A stretch of 64,000 nucleotides of DNA from Syntrophorhabdaceae bacterium (GCA_963665295.1 OY762209.1:1920001-1984000), one strand, 5' to 3'; positions 8,618-18,069 are shown, numbered from the stretch's first letter. Made by a program: numbers and translations. The notes: generated from the sequence alone by a model not told the origin.

Positions 8618-10063
8618 ATGGCCAATAAATATTACAAAGACAACAGAGCATTCATAGAGGCGTTGCAGAAGACAGGCGACGCGATAGTGGTGGACCAGGA
8701 GGTCGATTGGGACCTCGAAATGGGCGCCATAGTGAGAAGGGTGTGCGAGAGGAAAGGTCCGTCCCCCTATTTCAAGAAGATAAAGGATTATGAAGGGTTT
8801 GAGGCAGTGGGCGCGCCCCTGGCGAATTACCGAAAGCTCGCGGTAGCCATGGGTCTCGATCCGGAAACCCCGGTGCCCGGTATTGCCGCCGAGTATCTCA
8901 AGAGGGCCGCTACCCAGCCTATCATGCCGAAGATCCTGGACAAGAAGGACGCTCCGGTGAAGGAGGTAATCCTTCAGGGCGATGACGCCAATATCATGAA
9001 TCTCCCCGCCCCCATGGTGCACGACGGCGACGGCGGCAGATACATATGCACCTGGCACTTCGTGGTGGCCAAGGACCTGGATACGCCCACCCTCAATTGG
9101 GGCATGTACCGCCAGATGCTCTTTGATGAAAAAACCATGGTAGGCCCCGTGCTACCCTTCTCCGATATGGGCAAGATGTTTTACAACAAGTACACGCCGA
9201 GAAACGTGCCCATGCCTTTCGCCACGGTCATAAACCCTGATCCTCTTTCCGCCATCGCGAGCTGTGCTCCCACGTCGCTGCCGGAAGACCAGTTCACGGG
9301 CATGCTCATGGGCGAACCGGTGGAGGTGGTAAAGTGCGAGACCTGCGACCTCTATGTGCCGGCCCACGCGGAAATCATCATCGAAGGCGTGATAGTGCCG
9401 AACGTTCAGATAGAAGAAGCGCCTTTCGGAGAGTACACGGGGTACAGGACCAGCCCGAGGGAAAAGAGGGCCGTGTACCGGGTAAAGGCCATCACCATGA
9501 GAAAGAAACCGATAATGTCGGTCTCCAATATGGGTATCCCCACGGACGAAGGGCAGCTTCTCAGGTCGTTCTCTCTTGCCCTTGAAATGGACAAACTCCT
9601 GAGGGAGCAGGGTATCCCCATAACGGGCGTCTACATGCTTCCCGAATCGACCCATCACCTGGTGGTTGTGGGCGTGAAACCGGCTTATGCGAACATCGCG
9701 ACCCAGATAGGGCAGATCGTTTTCGGAAGCAAGCTGGGCCCCTGGTTCCATATGGTGGTCGTAGTGGACGAAAAGACGGATATTTACAGCAAGGATGAGC
9801 TTATTCATGCCCTGAGCACGAAGTGTCACCCGAAAAACGGTATCAGGGTGACGGAACACGGCGTGGGCACCCCCCTCAACCCTTACGCGTCACCTGAAGA
9901 AAGGAAGTTCGGGATTGGAGGCAAGGTAGTCTTCGATTGCCTTTTCCCGCCGGAGTGGCCTGCATCGATGGTTCCCATCAAGGTTTCCTTCGACAACGTT
10001 TATCCGAAGGAGATACAGGACAAGGTCATTTCCAACTGGACCAAATACGGATTCAAGGATTAG
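8618..10063 (+). CDS. ppcA: Phenylphosphate carboxylase alpha subunit (UbiD family)
   Basis: HDGDGGRY, NWGMYRQM, PFGEYTGYRTSPR, DEGQLLRSFSL, FGSKLGPWFHM and NWTKYGFK resemble Thauera PpcA. Confidence 0.9.
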   Translation: MANKYYKDNRAFIEALQKTGDAIVVDQEVDWDLEMGAIVRRVCERKGPSPYFKKIKDYEGFEAVGAPLANYRKLAVAMGLDPETPVPGIAAEYLKRAATQPIMPKILDKKDAPVKEVILQGDDANIMNLPAPMVHDGDGGRYICTWHFVVAKDLDTPTLNWGMYRQMLFDEKTMVGPVLPFSDMGKMFYNKYTPRNVPMPFATVINPDPLSAIASCAPTSLPEDQFTGMLMGEPVEVVKCETCDLYVPAHAEIIIEGVIVPNVQIEEAPFGEYTGYRTSPREKRAVYRVKAITMRKKPIMSVSNMGIPTDEGQLLRSFSLALEMDKLLREQGIPITGVYMLPESTHHLVVVGVKPAYANIATQIGQIVFGSKLGPWFHMVVVVDEKTDIYSKDELIHALSTKCHPKNGIRVTEHGVGTPLNPYASPEERKFGIGGKVVFDCLFPPEWPASMVPIKVSFDNVYPKEIQDKVISNWTKYGFKD

Positions 10064-10072
10064 GAGGCATCA

Positions 10073-10327
10073 ATGGCTGAATACGATACATATGTACTGA
10101 CAGACTTCGCGGATTTACAGGAAGACGTGGAGATTACCGGCGTGATAAGGGACCTTGCCCCTGGCAGGAAGAAATACCGTTCCACTTACGCAAGGTTCAA
10201 AGTGTCCAAAACTGCGGGTAAATATCCCGACAAACTGCAGGTAAGGTTGGGCAGGGGGCAGCTTGTTCCTACGCCTTGTTCCATAGAAGTGCTGGAATTT
10301 TTCAGCGTCATACCAGAGGGATTATAG
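10073..10327 (+). CDS. ppcC: Phenylphosphate carboxylase gamma subunit
   Basis: 84 aa, directly after the alpha subunit. IRDLAPGRKKY...YPDKLQVRLGRGQ matches the ~10 kDa gamma subunit pattern. The symbol varies in the literature. Confidence 0.78.
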   Translation: MAEYDTYVLTDFADLQEDVEITGVIRDLAPGRKKYRSTYARFKVSKTAGKYPDKLQVRLGRGQLVPTPCSIEVLEFFSVIPEGL

Positions 10328-10328
10328 C

Positions 10329-11666
10329 ATGGTCGAGTCACTGAGGGACTATCTGAGCTTGATGGAACAGGCGGGCCAGGTCCTGAGGATAAAGGAGAAA
10401 GTCCAGAGGGACGACATCCCCGAACTGATAGAGAACCTCTCCAGGCGCCGTAAGGTGCTGCTCTTCGAGGCGGTGGAACACTACGCATGCCGGCTTGTGG
10501 CGAACCTTGCGCCGACGCACGATGCTTTCAAGATACTCTTCCGGACAGAGGACCCTTACGAGTTTTTCGTGCGCGGCGTTCAAAAGGTGAAAAAAACGGT
10601 GGTGACCGCGAGAAGGGGGTTTCAGACTATCAGGATGGCGGAAAAAGACCTTATGGACTTTCTCCCCGTGCTTAAGCATTACGAGTTGGATTCCGCGCCC
10701 TTCATCACGAGCGCAATCATCTCGGCCGCCGACCCGGACACGGGCGCGATGGGCCGGGGAATACACAGGATGGAGTACAGGGGAGGGAACCGGTTGGGTA
10801 TCACCCTCCTTAACCCGCCCCTTACCACCATCTTTCGTAAATATATTGAAAGAGGGTTGAAGATGCCCGTGAGCATCAGCATAGGCGTTGACCCCGGCAT
10901 GTTCATCGCCATGGCCCTCAAGGTGCCCCAGGGGGGCGACAAACTCGAGGCCGCGGGTGGATTGAGGGGCGAGGCGATAAGGGTTATCCCGTCCTTTGAT
11001 ACCCATGTGGAGGTGCCGGAGTCATGCGAGTTTCTCCTTGAAGGGTATGTGGATGAGACGCGTATGAAACAGGACGGTCCTATGGGTGAGATAAGCGGCT
11101 ATTACATGTCTCTCCATGAGACACCGACGGTGGTGGTGGAAAGGCTCTCTCACGTGGAGTCCCCCATATACCATGCCCTTCTCCCCACGTGCCCGGAAGC
11201 GGACATGTACCTTACTTTTATAAGCAGGGCCCACATCGAGGAGAGTTCGAGGAAACTTTTCTCTTCCATTACAAACCTTACCTTCGTACCGAAGACCTTC
11301 GGGTCGTCCCTCGTGGTAAATGTGGCGCCCACGGAAAAATTCAAGATAAGAAATATGATCCTTTTTCTGCTCACATTCCAGATGATCAAGAAGGTGGTGG
11401 TAGTTGACGAGGACGTCAACCCCGAAGACCTGAGCGATGTGGAGTGGGCGGTAATTACACGGTGCAGGGCAGAGGAGGACATCATCATCCTCGACCGCCT
11501 GCAGGGGCAGCCCATCGACCCCACAGCCCAGGAGGTTTACGGGGTGAGCAAGATGGGGATCAATGCCACTCAGACGGGCAAAAACATTCAGGCCAGGGCG
11601 CGCGTTACAGCAGGGGACAGCCAGAGAATCAAAAGTATCTTACAATCCATGGGAGGCGTGGAATGA
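10329..11666 (+). CDS. Additional UbiD-family (de)carboxylase
   Basis: SLRDYL, GIHRM, EFLLEG, DGPMGEISGYY, VVVDEDV...DVEWAV and SKMGINAT motifs. Confidence 0.85.
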   Translation: MVESLRDYLSLMEQAGQVLRIKEKVQRDDIPELIENLSRRRKVLLFEAVEHYACRLVANLAPTHDAFKILFRTEDPYEFFVRGVQKVKKTVVTARRGFQTIRMAEKDLMDFLPVLKHYELDSAPFITSAIISAADPDTGAMGRGIHRMEYRGGNRLGITLLNPPLTTIFRKYIERGLKMPVSISIGVDPGMFIAMALKVPQGGDKLEAAGGLRGEAIRVIPSFDTHVEVPESCEFLLEGYVDETRMKQDGPMGEISGYYMSLHETPTVVVERLSHVESPIYHALLPTCPEADMYLTFISRAHIEESSRKLFSSITNLTFVPKTFGSSLVVNVAPTEKFKIRNMILFLLTFQMIKKVVVVDEDVNPEDLSDVEWAVITRCRAEEDIIILDRLQGQPIDPTAQEVYGVSKMGINATQTGKNIQARARVTAGDSQRIKSILQSMGGVE

Positions 11667-12244
11667 GCAGGATCGTGGTGGGAATATCAGGTGCAACGGG
11701 AGTGGTATACGGGATAAGGATGCTGAAGGCCCTCTATGAGAGCGGCGTGGAGACCCATCTCGTGATTACTCAGTCGGCTGTGAGAAACTTGTGCATCGAG
11801 ACAAAGTACACCATGGCCGACCTTGAGCCTTTTGCCTCGACAACCTACGAGATAGACGACGTGGGGGCGGCCATAGCGAGCGGTTCCTTCAAGGTCGACG
11901 GCATGGTCATAGCTCCATGCTCCATCAAGACCCTCTCGGCTGTTGCAAATTCCTTTAACTATAACCTCCTCGTGAGGGCAGCGGACGTGAACCTGAAAGA
12001 ACGGCGGCGGGTCATCCTCATGGTGAGGGAAACACCCTTTCACGAGGGACACCTTGAGCTTATGCTCCGGGTGAGCCGGATGGGCGGCGTGATTATGCCT
12101 CCGGTCCCGGCCTTTTACCATATGCCGAAGACGATCAACGATCTGATCGATCAGAGCGTGGGCAAGGTGCTCGACTTTTTTTCCATCGATGCCCACCTGT
12201 TCACGAGGTGGGGAAGCAAGGAAGAGATAAGGGTCGTGAACTGA
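11663..12244 (+). CDS. ubiX: Flavin prenyltransferase UbiX
   Basis: ATGA overlap with the UbiD stop. RIVVGISGATG, ASGSF, APCSIKTL, RAADVNLKERR, RETP and PPVPAFY motifs. Confidence 0.95.
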   Translation: MSRIVVGISGATGVVYGIRMLKALYESGVETHLVITQSAVRNLCIETKYTMADLEPFASTTYEIDDVGAAIASGSFKVDGMVIAPCSIKTLSAVANSFNYNLLVRAADVNLKERRRVILMVRETPFHEGHLELMLRVSRMGGVIMPPVPAFYHMPKTINDLIDQSVGKVLDFFSIDAHLFTRWGSKEEIRVVN

Positions 12245-12268
12245 ACCCGGAGAAAGAGTGAAAGAGAG

Positions 12269-12646
12269 ATGAAGATAAAAGGCAAGGTAGTCAAAGGCGT
12301 AGGCGAATCTCCGGGTTTCCTTTCCATCGGCTGGGTGGACGAGCAGTTGCGGGAGAAGCTCAAGTTTCAGCCCTATCGGGGCACCCTGAATCTGGCCGTG
12401 GAGGCCGCAGACATTCAGGGCATCCTGAAGGAAAAGGGCAGGGACAGACTTGTCTCAAAGGAACAGGGGTTTTGTGATGCGATCCTTGTGAAGGGCAGGA
12501 TAAATGACATCTATGAATGCGGGGTCGTTATTCCCCTTGTGGAACAATACGACGAAAGGCTTTTGGAAGTTGTGGCGCCGGTCCACCTGAAGCGTGCGCT
12601 TCAGGTGGACGACGGTGACGAGGTGACCTTAAGTCTGGATATCTGA
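12269..12646 (+). CDS. ribK: CTP-dependent (archaeal-type) riboflavin kinase
   Basis: GKVVKGVGE, F.PY.GTLN, LEVVAPVHLK..L.V.DGD.V; 125 aa, without the HTH found in some archaeal versions. Confidence 0.8.
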   Translation: MKIKGKVVKGVGESPGFLSIGWVDEQLREKLKFQPYRGTLNLAVEAADIQGILKEKGRDRLVSKEQGFCDAILVKGRINDIYECGVVIPLVEQYDERLLEVVAPVHLKRALQVDDGDEVTLSLDI

Positions 12647-12803
12647 CCGCCTCTGAGTGAACTTCTCATCATTGAGAGGGAGAACGGTAGTGCCCCTTCA
12701 GTAAGGAAGGGACAGTACCGTTTCCCGCCGAAGGGTATTTTTGGAAACGTGAGGGGAGACTTTGGCTCCCCGGCGGGATAAACACATAAAAAAAGGGGGA
12801 TTT

Positions 12804-13916
12804 ATGGAGAATCAAGAGACAGCCAGCAAGATCGGCATCGGCCCTGAAGGCAGAATGGGCGGATTTATTCAGTTCATCGTAATTGCGGCCCTCGGCACCA
12901 TGGTATTCGTATATGGCGTATCACCGGAGACGATCGTCTTCAAGTTCCTTCCGGGAACGCTCATCATGCTTATCGTGATGGGACAACTCGCTCTTCTGGG
13001 GGACAACTGGCCGCTCGCACCTCCCGGGGGAAGCTGGGCGCCCGGAAAATCGCGTCTGGCAGCGGGCCTGGGGATGACGCTCCTCTGGGCTGTTCTTACT
13101 ACGGCCATGCTTCTCTTCATGATGTACGTCGCGCCGAAATGGGATATGGGACCTCTCTATCTCTGGTTCGGGGCCATAGGCTTCTGGGCCACCCTTTTAT
13201 ACGGGATAAACTGGAACGGCTGGCCCCTTAAGGGAAGGCTGCCCCCGTGGGGTGTGGCAACAGGGGGGTTCGTGATTATCATGATCGTCGCCATGCTGAT
13301 CTGGAATTTCCTCACCAACCTTGACGGGACGCCCTTTGAGAATACGCCCATCAACCACAAGGGGCCCTTTAATGTGAACTGGCTCACGGGATACATAGTG
13401 TGGTCCATTGCGTGGTTTTTCGTATTCAGCCCGGTCTTCAACACCCAGGGGTTCCCCTTCACCAGATGGCGCCATCCGCTGGGGGCGCTGGGTCAGACCA
13501 TACTTGCCCACATCCTCGGGCTCATATGCTGGAACGGGAGTCTGGCCCTCGGGATGAGCCCGTCCTTTTCTTTCGGGGCAGTGGCATCGTCTATTATCTT
13601 CTGTTCCCTGGTCTATTCATGGCATTTCCAGTTCTGGGGAATATCGAAGCTGACCAACGGCACAAGGGCAATTGCGGCCATGGTCACCATATTCGTGATA
13701 GTCGCCGTCTGGATCGGCATATGCAACGTGGTGCTCAAGGCCGCGGCCAACAGCATTGCGGCCCTGAAGCTCCCCGCGGACATCAACATTCTTATCATCT
13801 ACCTTAACCTGTGCATCGTGGGACCCGCGTTGATTGCCCATAACGCATTCTGGCTGAGGTGGCCCCTCACGCTGCCCGCGCCTCCGGGAACACCGCCTCC
13901 GGAACAGAGCGCCTGA
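12804..13916 (+). CDS. Trp-rich polytopic membrane protein, putative transporter
   Basis: About 10 hydrophobic segments with recurring NWPL/GWPL/GFPF/RWPL turns. SD aggggg before ATG 12804. Confidence 0.65.
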   Translation: MENQETASKIGIGPEGRMGGFIQFIVIAALGTMVFVYGVSPETIVFKFLPGTLIMLIVMGQLALLGDNWPLAPPGGSWAPGKSRLAAGLGMTLLWAVLTTAMLLFMMYVAPKWDMGPLYLWFGAIGFWATLLYGINWNGWPLKGRLPPWGVATGGFVIIMIVAMLIWNFLTNLDGTPFENTPINHKGPFNVNWLTGYIVWSIAWFFVFSPVFNTQGFPFTRWRHPLGALGQTILAHILGLICWNGSLALGMSPSFSFGAVASSIIFCSLVYSWHFQFWGISKLTNGTRAIAAMVTIFVIVAVWIGICNVVLKAAANSIAALKLPADINILIIYLNLCIVGPALIAHNAFWLRWPLTLPAPPGTPPPEQSA

Positions 13917-13946
13917 GAGAAGAGAGATAATGAGGGGGCATAGCCG

Positions 13947-14360
13947 ATGAACGCGAACGATTGGGGTAAAGAGAGCCGGCCGGTCCGCTCCCGCACCATG
14001 TCGGAAAGCCGGGGGGACCTTGAGATTACGGCAGTGGTCTACGAGCTCGACACTGATTGCCTTGTCATACTCTACGGAGGGACGAGGCCCCACATAGGCG
14101 CGGTGGGCATGGGGCAGGCAAGGCCGAGTCTCAAAAACCCGGAAGAGGCCTCTGCTACGAGCTCGGTCTTCACCTACGTGGGCCACAAGGAAGACATGGT
14201 GGCAAAGGCGGTGTCAGAGGACCTCACCCGCAGAACGGGAAGGAACACGGTCGTCGTGGCCGGCATCCATTGGGATGATTTGTCCGAGGCTGGCATAAAC
14301 CATATCAGGAGTGCGTGCCATGCCCTGACGGACCGGATAGTGAGCGAACTTTCTGCTTAA
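13947..14360 (+). CDS. LpdD-like prenylated-flavin chaperone (PAC-like fold)
   Basis: GG..PHIGAV, GHKED and VVVAGIH.D motifs of LpdD-type proteins, located in a ubiD/ubiX operon. Confidence 0.7.
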   Translation: MNANDWGKESRPVRSRTMSESRGDLEITAVVYELDTDCLVILYGGTRPHIGAVGMGQARPSLKNPEEASATSSVFTYVGHKEDMVAKAVSEDLTRRTGRNTVVVAGIHWDDLSEAGINHIRSACHALTDRIVSELSA

Positions 14361-14385
14361 GGCAGTACATTGAACCTCCTTGCGA

Positions 14386-14424
14386 TGCCCTCCTGCCCCC
14401 GCCATATACGGGGGCAGGAGGGCA
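14386..14424 (+). terminator. Perfect 16-bp hairpin ending the ppc operon
   Basis: tgccctcctgcccccg / cgggggcaggagggca with a 7-nt loop, 25 nt after the last stop; no clear U-tract. Confidence 0.55.
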
Positions 14425-14473
14425 GGACAAGACCGGCAACCCGTCGCGGCGGGGCGCGATAGGGGCCCACTTT

Positions 14474-14502
14474 TTGACAACTGCCGCTTGTTGTGCTAAA
14501 CC
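14474..14502 (+). promoter_or_regulatory. sigma70-type promoter of ttuB-ttuA
   Basis: TTGACA (14474-14479), 17 nt, TG-c-TAAACC. Confidence 0.5.
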
Positions 14503-14509
14503 AATACCT

Positions 14510-14698
14510 ATGAAAGTCGAATACAACGGCAAAATCCACGAATTCGAAAAGGCAACGACCGTCCGCAGGCTCCTTGAGCAGATGTCCCTCAATAGGGAAT
14601 CCCATCTCGTGGTGGTAAACAACAAGCTCGTTACCGAAGATTCCCGGCTGGAGAGGGATGACGAGGTAAAATTGATAAGGGTCATTTCCGGCGGATGA
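14510..14698 (+). CDS. ThiS/MoaD-family sulfur carrier (TtuB-like)
   Basis: 62 aa, MKVEYNG...VISGG with C-terminal GG; ATGA overlap with the TtuA-like gene. Confidence 0.85.
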   Translation: MKVEYNGKIHEFEKATTVRRLLEQMSLNRESHLVVVNNKLVTEDSRLERDDEVKLIRVISGG

Positions 14699-15645
14699 AA
14701 TGCAGGGTCTGCGGCGAGGCCGCAACCATCAGCCTGAAAGCGTACAACACCGCCTTATGCGCTCGTGACTTCAACGCCTTCCTGGAAAAAAGGGTCAACA
14801 CCACCATCGAGAAGTACCATCTCATCGAGGAAGGGGATAAACCCATTGTCGCCATATCGGGCGGAAAGGACAGCCTTTCCCTCTGGTACATAATGAACAA
14901 GCTTGGCTATCCGGCCGACGGGATTTACATCGACCTCGGCATCGAGGACTATTCCGGGCCCTCCCTGGGCAAGATCAGGACCGTGGCGGACACCTTGAAG
15001 AGAAAGGTCTACGTTTTTCCTTTCCGGCAGGTTTTCAATAAAGGGATCGAGGAGTTGGCGAGGGTGATCAGACGCCCCCCGTGCTCCGCGTGCGGCATGA
15101 TAAAACGGTACATCATGAACAGGGTGTGCATGGACAAGGGCTACAATACCCTTGTAACGGGCCACAACCTCGATGATGAGGCCGCGGCCCTTTTCGGAAA
15201 TGTCCTTTACTGGAAGGACGAGTACCTCTGGAAAAAGAATGTGGTCCTCGAAGGGACGGAAGGCCACCTCTCGAAAAAGGTAAAGCCCCTGTTCCTCTGC
15301 TCGGAGCGGGAGATGGCCGCCTATGCCATTATCAACAACATCGATTATATCTATGAGGAATGCCCTTTCTCGGTGAACGCCAAGTCTCTTACCTACAAGG
15401 CCATGCTGAACAAGCTCGAAGAGAAGTCGCCGGGCACAAAGCTCCAGTTCATAAAGGGTTACCTGAAGCAAGTGAAGGAAGGGGAGAGGAAGGACGGCGG
15501 CTACTGCGAGACGTGTGGATACCCCGGTTACGGGGGCGTGTGCAACTTCTGCAGGATGCTCGAAAGGTTTCATATAGACCCCAACATATCATTTGAGGAG
15601 TATGGCTCGTGTGACCTTGACACCCCGCAAGAAGTAGTGACATAA
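14695..15645 (+). CDS. ttuA: tRNA 2-thiolation PP-loop ATPase (TtuA/Ncs6-like)
   Basis: N-terminal CxxC, SGGKDS, CSACG, TGHNLDD, ECP and a C-terminal CxxC...CxxC zinc finger. Confidence 0.82.
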   Translation: MKCRVCGEAATISLKAYNTALCARDFNAFLEKRVNTTIEKYHLIEEGDKPIVAISGGKDSLSLWYIMNKLGYPADGIYIDLGIEDYSGPSLGKIRTVADTLKRKVYVFPFRQVFNKGIEELARVIRRPPCSACGMIKRYIMNRVCMDKGYNTLVTGHNLDDEAAALFGNVLYWKDEYLWKKNVVLEGTEGHLSKKVKPLFLCSEREMAAYAIINNIDYIYEECPFSVNAKSLTYKAMLNKLEEKSPGTKLQFIKGYLKQVKEGERKDGGYCETCGYPGYGGVCNFCRMLERFHIDPNISFEEYGSCDLDTPQEVVT

Positions 15646-15651
15646 TCTCAC

Positions 15652-17028
15652 ATGAGTATGATAGACAGCTTCTCTCAGCTAATTTTCAACGTATATGAAG
15701 CATTCACCGTCGCCTTGTTCGTGAGGGAACGGGAAAACCTGAGGTGTATCTCTTCCGTCACCTTTTCCACGAGTTTCGACAGGTCGAGGACGCTCCCCGT
15801 GGAAGGCAGTCTCCCCGGATGGGTCCTGAAGCACAACGAGCCCCTCATCGTCCCGAACTTCGACAAAGACGAGGAGATACTCGGGTATTACGGGAGCCGG
15901 GAAGACATAAAGTCCTTCATGGCCTACCCCGTGGACCAGGACGGCGTGCTGGTGGTGGACAGCAAGAAGAAGTACGTATTCACCGACAAGGAAAAAAAGA
16001 TCCTGGGCGGTTTCGCCTCCATGCTCCACAGGGAGATCGAACGGGGCAGGACGGGCGAGGACATAGAGGACAGGCTCGACGAATTGTACGCCGAAAAACG
16101 GATCGTCGGCCTTTTTGCCGAACTCAACAGGTTGAAGATTTCCGTGCACGACATCTTCAAGGAGGCCCTCCACTATTCAGGGGCGGATTTTTGTTTCGTG
16201 GGGATGGAGAGGAACGGCAGGATTTTCGTGTATGACATTTTCGGGATCGCCCCGGAGGAGTATGTGAAAAAGGAGTGTCCCCTCCGGGAAAGCATCGCGT
16301 CCCTCGTGATGGAAGGCGGCGGGGAGTTTCTCCTTCCCCACAGCAGCGGATACCTGAAGGAAAAGCCCCTCTTTTTTCCGGGCGAACAGTTGAAGACCCG
16401 CCAGTTCTTCGGTTTCCCCCTTATCGCGGACGACATGATCCTCGGGGTAATGGGCTTCGGCTCCCTGTCCGACGCACCCCTCAAGGAGGGCGCCATCGGC
16501 CTTTTGCGGAACGTCGCCTCTCTCCTGTCCCTCTACTATGCATACCTCTGGATGCAGGACCACCTGGAAAGGGTGAAGGAATTTGAACCGGTGACCGGTT
16601 CCATCCAGTTCACCACATTCCTGGGGATTGTGGAAAAGATGATTATCAAAGGGGACAGATTCCATCTTTTGTCGGTGAAACTTCCCCATATCAATGTGTA
16701 TAATAAGAAGATGGGCTTTGAATTCACCAATGGCGTCCTGGGTCAGGTCGCGAAAGTCATACGATACTGCGTGGGGAACGGCGCTTTTATCACGAGAAAA
16801 GGGGGCGGACACTTTTACGCCCTTGTAAAGGGCAGCGACCCCGTGGAGATGCGGAACATCATCAAGCTCCTTAACCATACGATCCGCAAGAGCGTATTTG
16901 AGGACAGGACGTGGGACACGGATTCAGCGGTCGAAGCGGGTTCGTCCTATTTTCCCGAAGACGGCCGGGACCTATGGACCCTCATCGACAAGACGGAACC
17001 CAAAAAAACTAAGACAAGCCACCATTAA
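15652..17028 (+). CDS. Tandem GAF domain protein with a degenerate GGDEF-like domain
   Basis: GAF motifs (GWVLKHNEPL, SFMAYP, GVLVVDS). C-terminal N..MG...TN.VL and RKGGGHF replace RxGGDEF. Confidence 0.7.
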   Translation: MSMIDSFSQLIFNVYEAFTVALFVRERENLRCISSVTFSTSFDRSRTLPVEGSLPGWVLKHNEPLIVPNFDKDEEILGYYGSREDIKSFMAYPVDQDGVLVVDSKKKYVFTDKEKKILGGFASMLHREIERGRTGEDIEDRLDELYAEKRIVGLFAELNRLKISVHDIFKEALHYSGADFCFVGMERNGRIFVYDIFGIAPEEYVKKECPLRESIASLVMEGGGEFLLPHSSGYLKEKPLFFPGEQLKTRQFFGFPLIADDMILGVMGFGSLSDAPLKEGAIGLLRNVASLLSLYYAYLWMQDHLERVKEFEPVTGSIQFTTFLGIVEKMIIKGDRFHLLSVKLPHINVYNKKMGFEFTNGVLGQVAKVIRYCVGNGAFITRKGGGHFYALVKGSDPVEMRNIIKLLNHTIRKSVFEDRTWDTDSAVEAGSSYFPEDGRDLWTLIDKTEPKKTKTSHH

Positions 17029-17037
17029 GGAGGGGGT

Positions 17038-18069
17038 ATGGAATTTTTGAAAAAATTGTTTGGCTTTCTCTCGACCCATCTAGCTATGGACCTCGGGACA
17101 GCAAATACGCTCATATATATGAAAGGCGAAGGGGTCATCCTCAATGAACCTTCGGTGGTGGCCATAGACAACTATACGGGAAAGGTGATCGCAGTCGGCA
17201 AAGAGGCAAAGGAATATATCGGCAGGACCCCTCCGAACATCAGCGCCATAAGGCCTCTCAAGGACGGCGTTATTGCGGATTTTGACGTGACCAAGGCGAT
17301 GATCAAATATTTCCTTACTATTGCGAGCAGGGACAGAAAGATCTCGAAACCGAAAATGGTGGTGGGCGTGCCCTCCGGCATTACCCAGGTGGAAAAGAAG
17401 GCTGTAATCGACGCATGTTTCCAGGTAGGCATCAGGGACGTGTTCCTTATCGAAGAACCTATGGCGGCGGCCCTCGGCGCGGGAATGCCCATAGAGCTTC
17501 CCAAGGGGAACATGGTGGTCGATATCGGAGGCGGGACCACGGAAGTCGCCATTATAAGCCTCTCCGCAACGGCCTACAGCGAATCCCTCCGTGTCGCAGG
17601 GGACGAGTTGGACGAATCGATCATGCGGTATCTCCAGAAGAAGCACCAGGTAGCCATAGGGGTAAGCGCGGCGGAGAAACTGAAGATTGAATGTGCCTCC
17701 GTGCTTTCCAATGATTCGAGGCCCGAAGGCATGAGCGTGGTGGGGAAGGACCTTCTCACGGGCATCCCCAAGAGTCTCAAGATAACAAAGGAAGAAATCA
17801 GGGAATCCATCGAGGAACCCATATCCGCCATCATCGATGCAGTGAGAAGGGCCCTGGAGAAGTTGCCCCCCGAGTTTGTCTCGGATCTCAATGAGTCGGG
17901 CATGATCCTCACAGGGGGCGGCGCGCTCCTCAAGGGTCTCGACCGGAGGATCGAGGCCGAGACGGACATCAAGGTCTACGTCACGGACGATCCCCTCCTC
18001 TCCGTAGTGCTCGGGGCCGGTCAGGCTTTGGAGGACATGGCGAGGTACAAGAAAGTCTTCATTTCCTGA
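17038..18069 (+). CDS. mreB: Rod shape-determining protein MreB
   Basis: DLGTANT, RPLKDGVIADF, EEPMAAA, DIGGGTTE and LTGGGALL motifs. Confidence 0.96.
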   Translation: MEFLKKLFGFLSTHLAMDLGTANTLIYMKGEGVILNEPSVVAIDNYTGKVIAVGKEAKEYIGRTPPNISAIRPLKDGVIADFDVTKAMIKYFLTIASRDRKISKPKMVVGVPSGITQVEKKAVIDACFQVGIRDVFLIEEPMAAALGAGMPIELPKGNMVVDIGGGTTEVAIISLSATAYSESLRVAGDELDESIMRYLQKKHQVAIGVSAAEKLKIECASVLSNDSRPEGMSVVGKDLLTGIPKSLKITKEEIRESIEEPISAIIDAVRRALEKLPPEFVSDLNESGMILTGGGALLKGLDRRIEAETDIKVYVTDDPLLSVVLGAGQALEDMARYKKVFIS

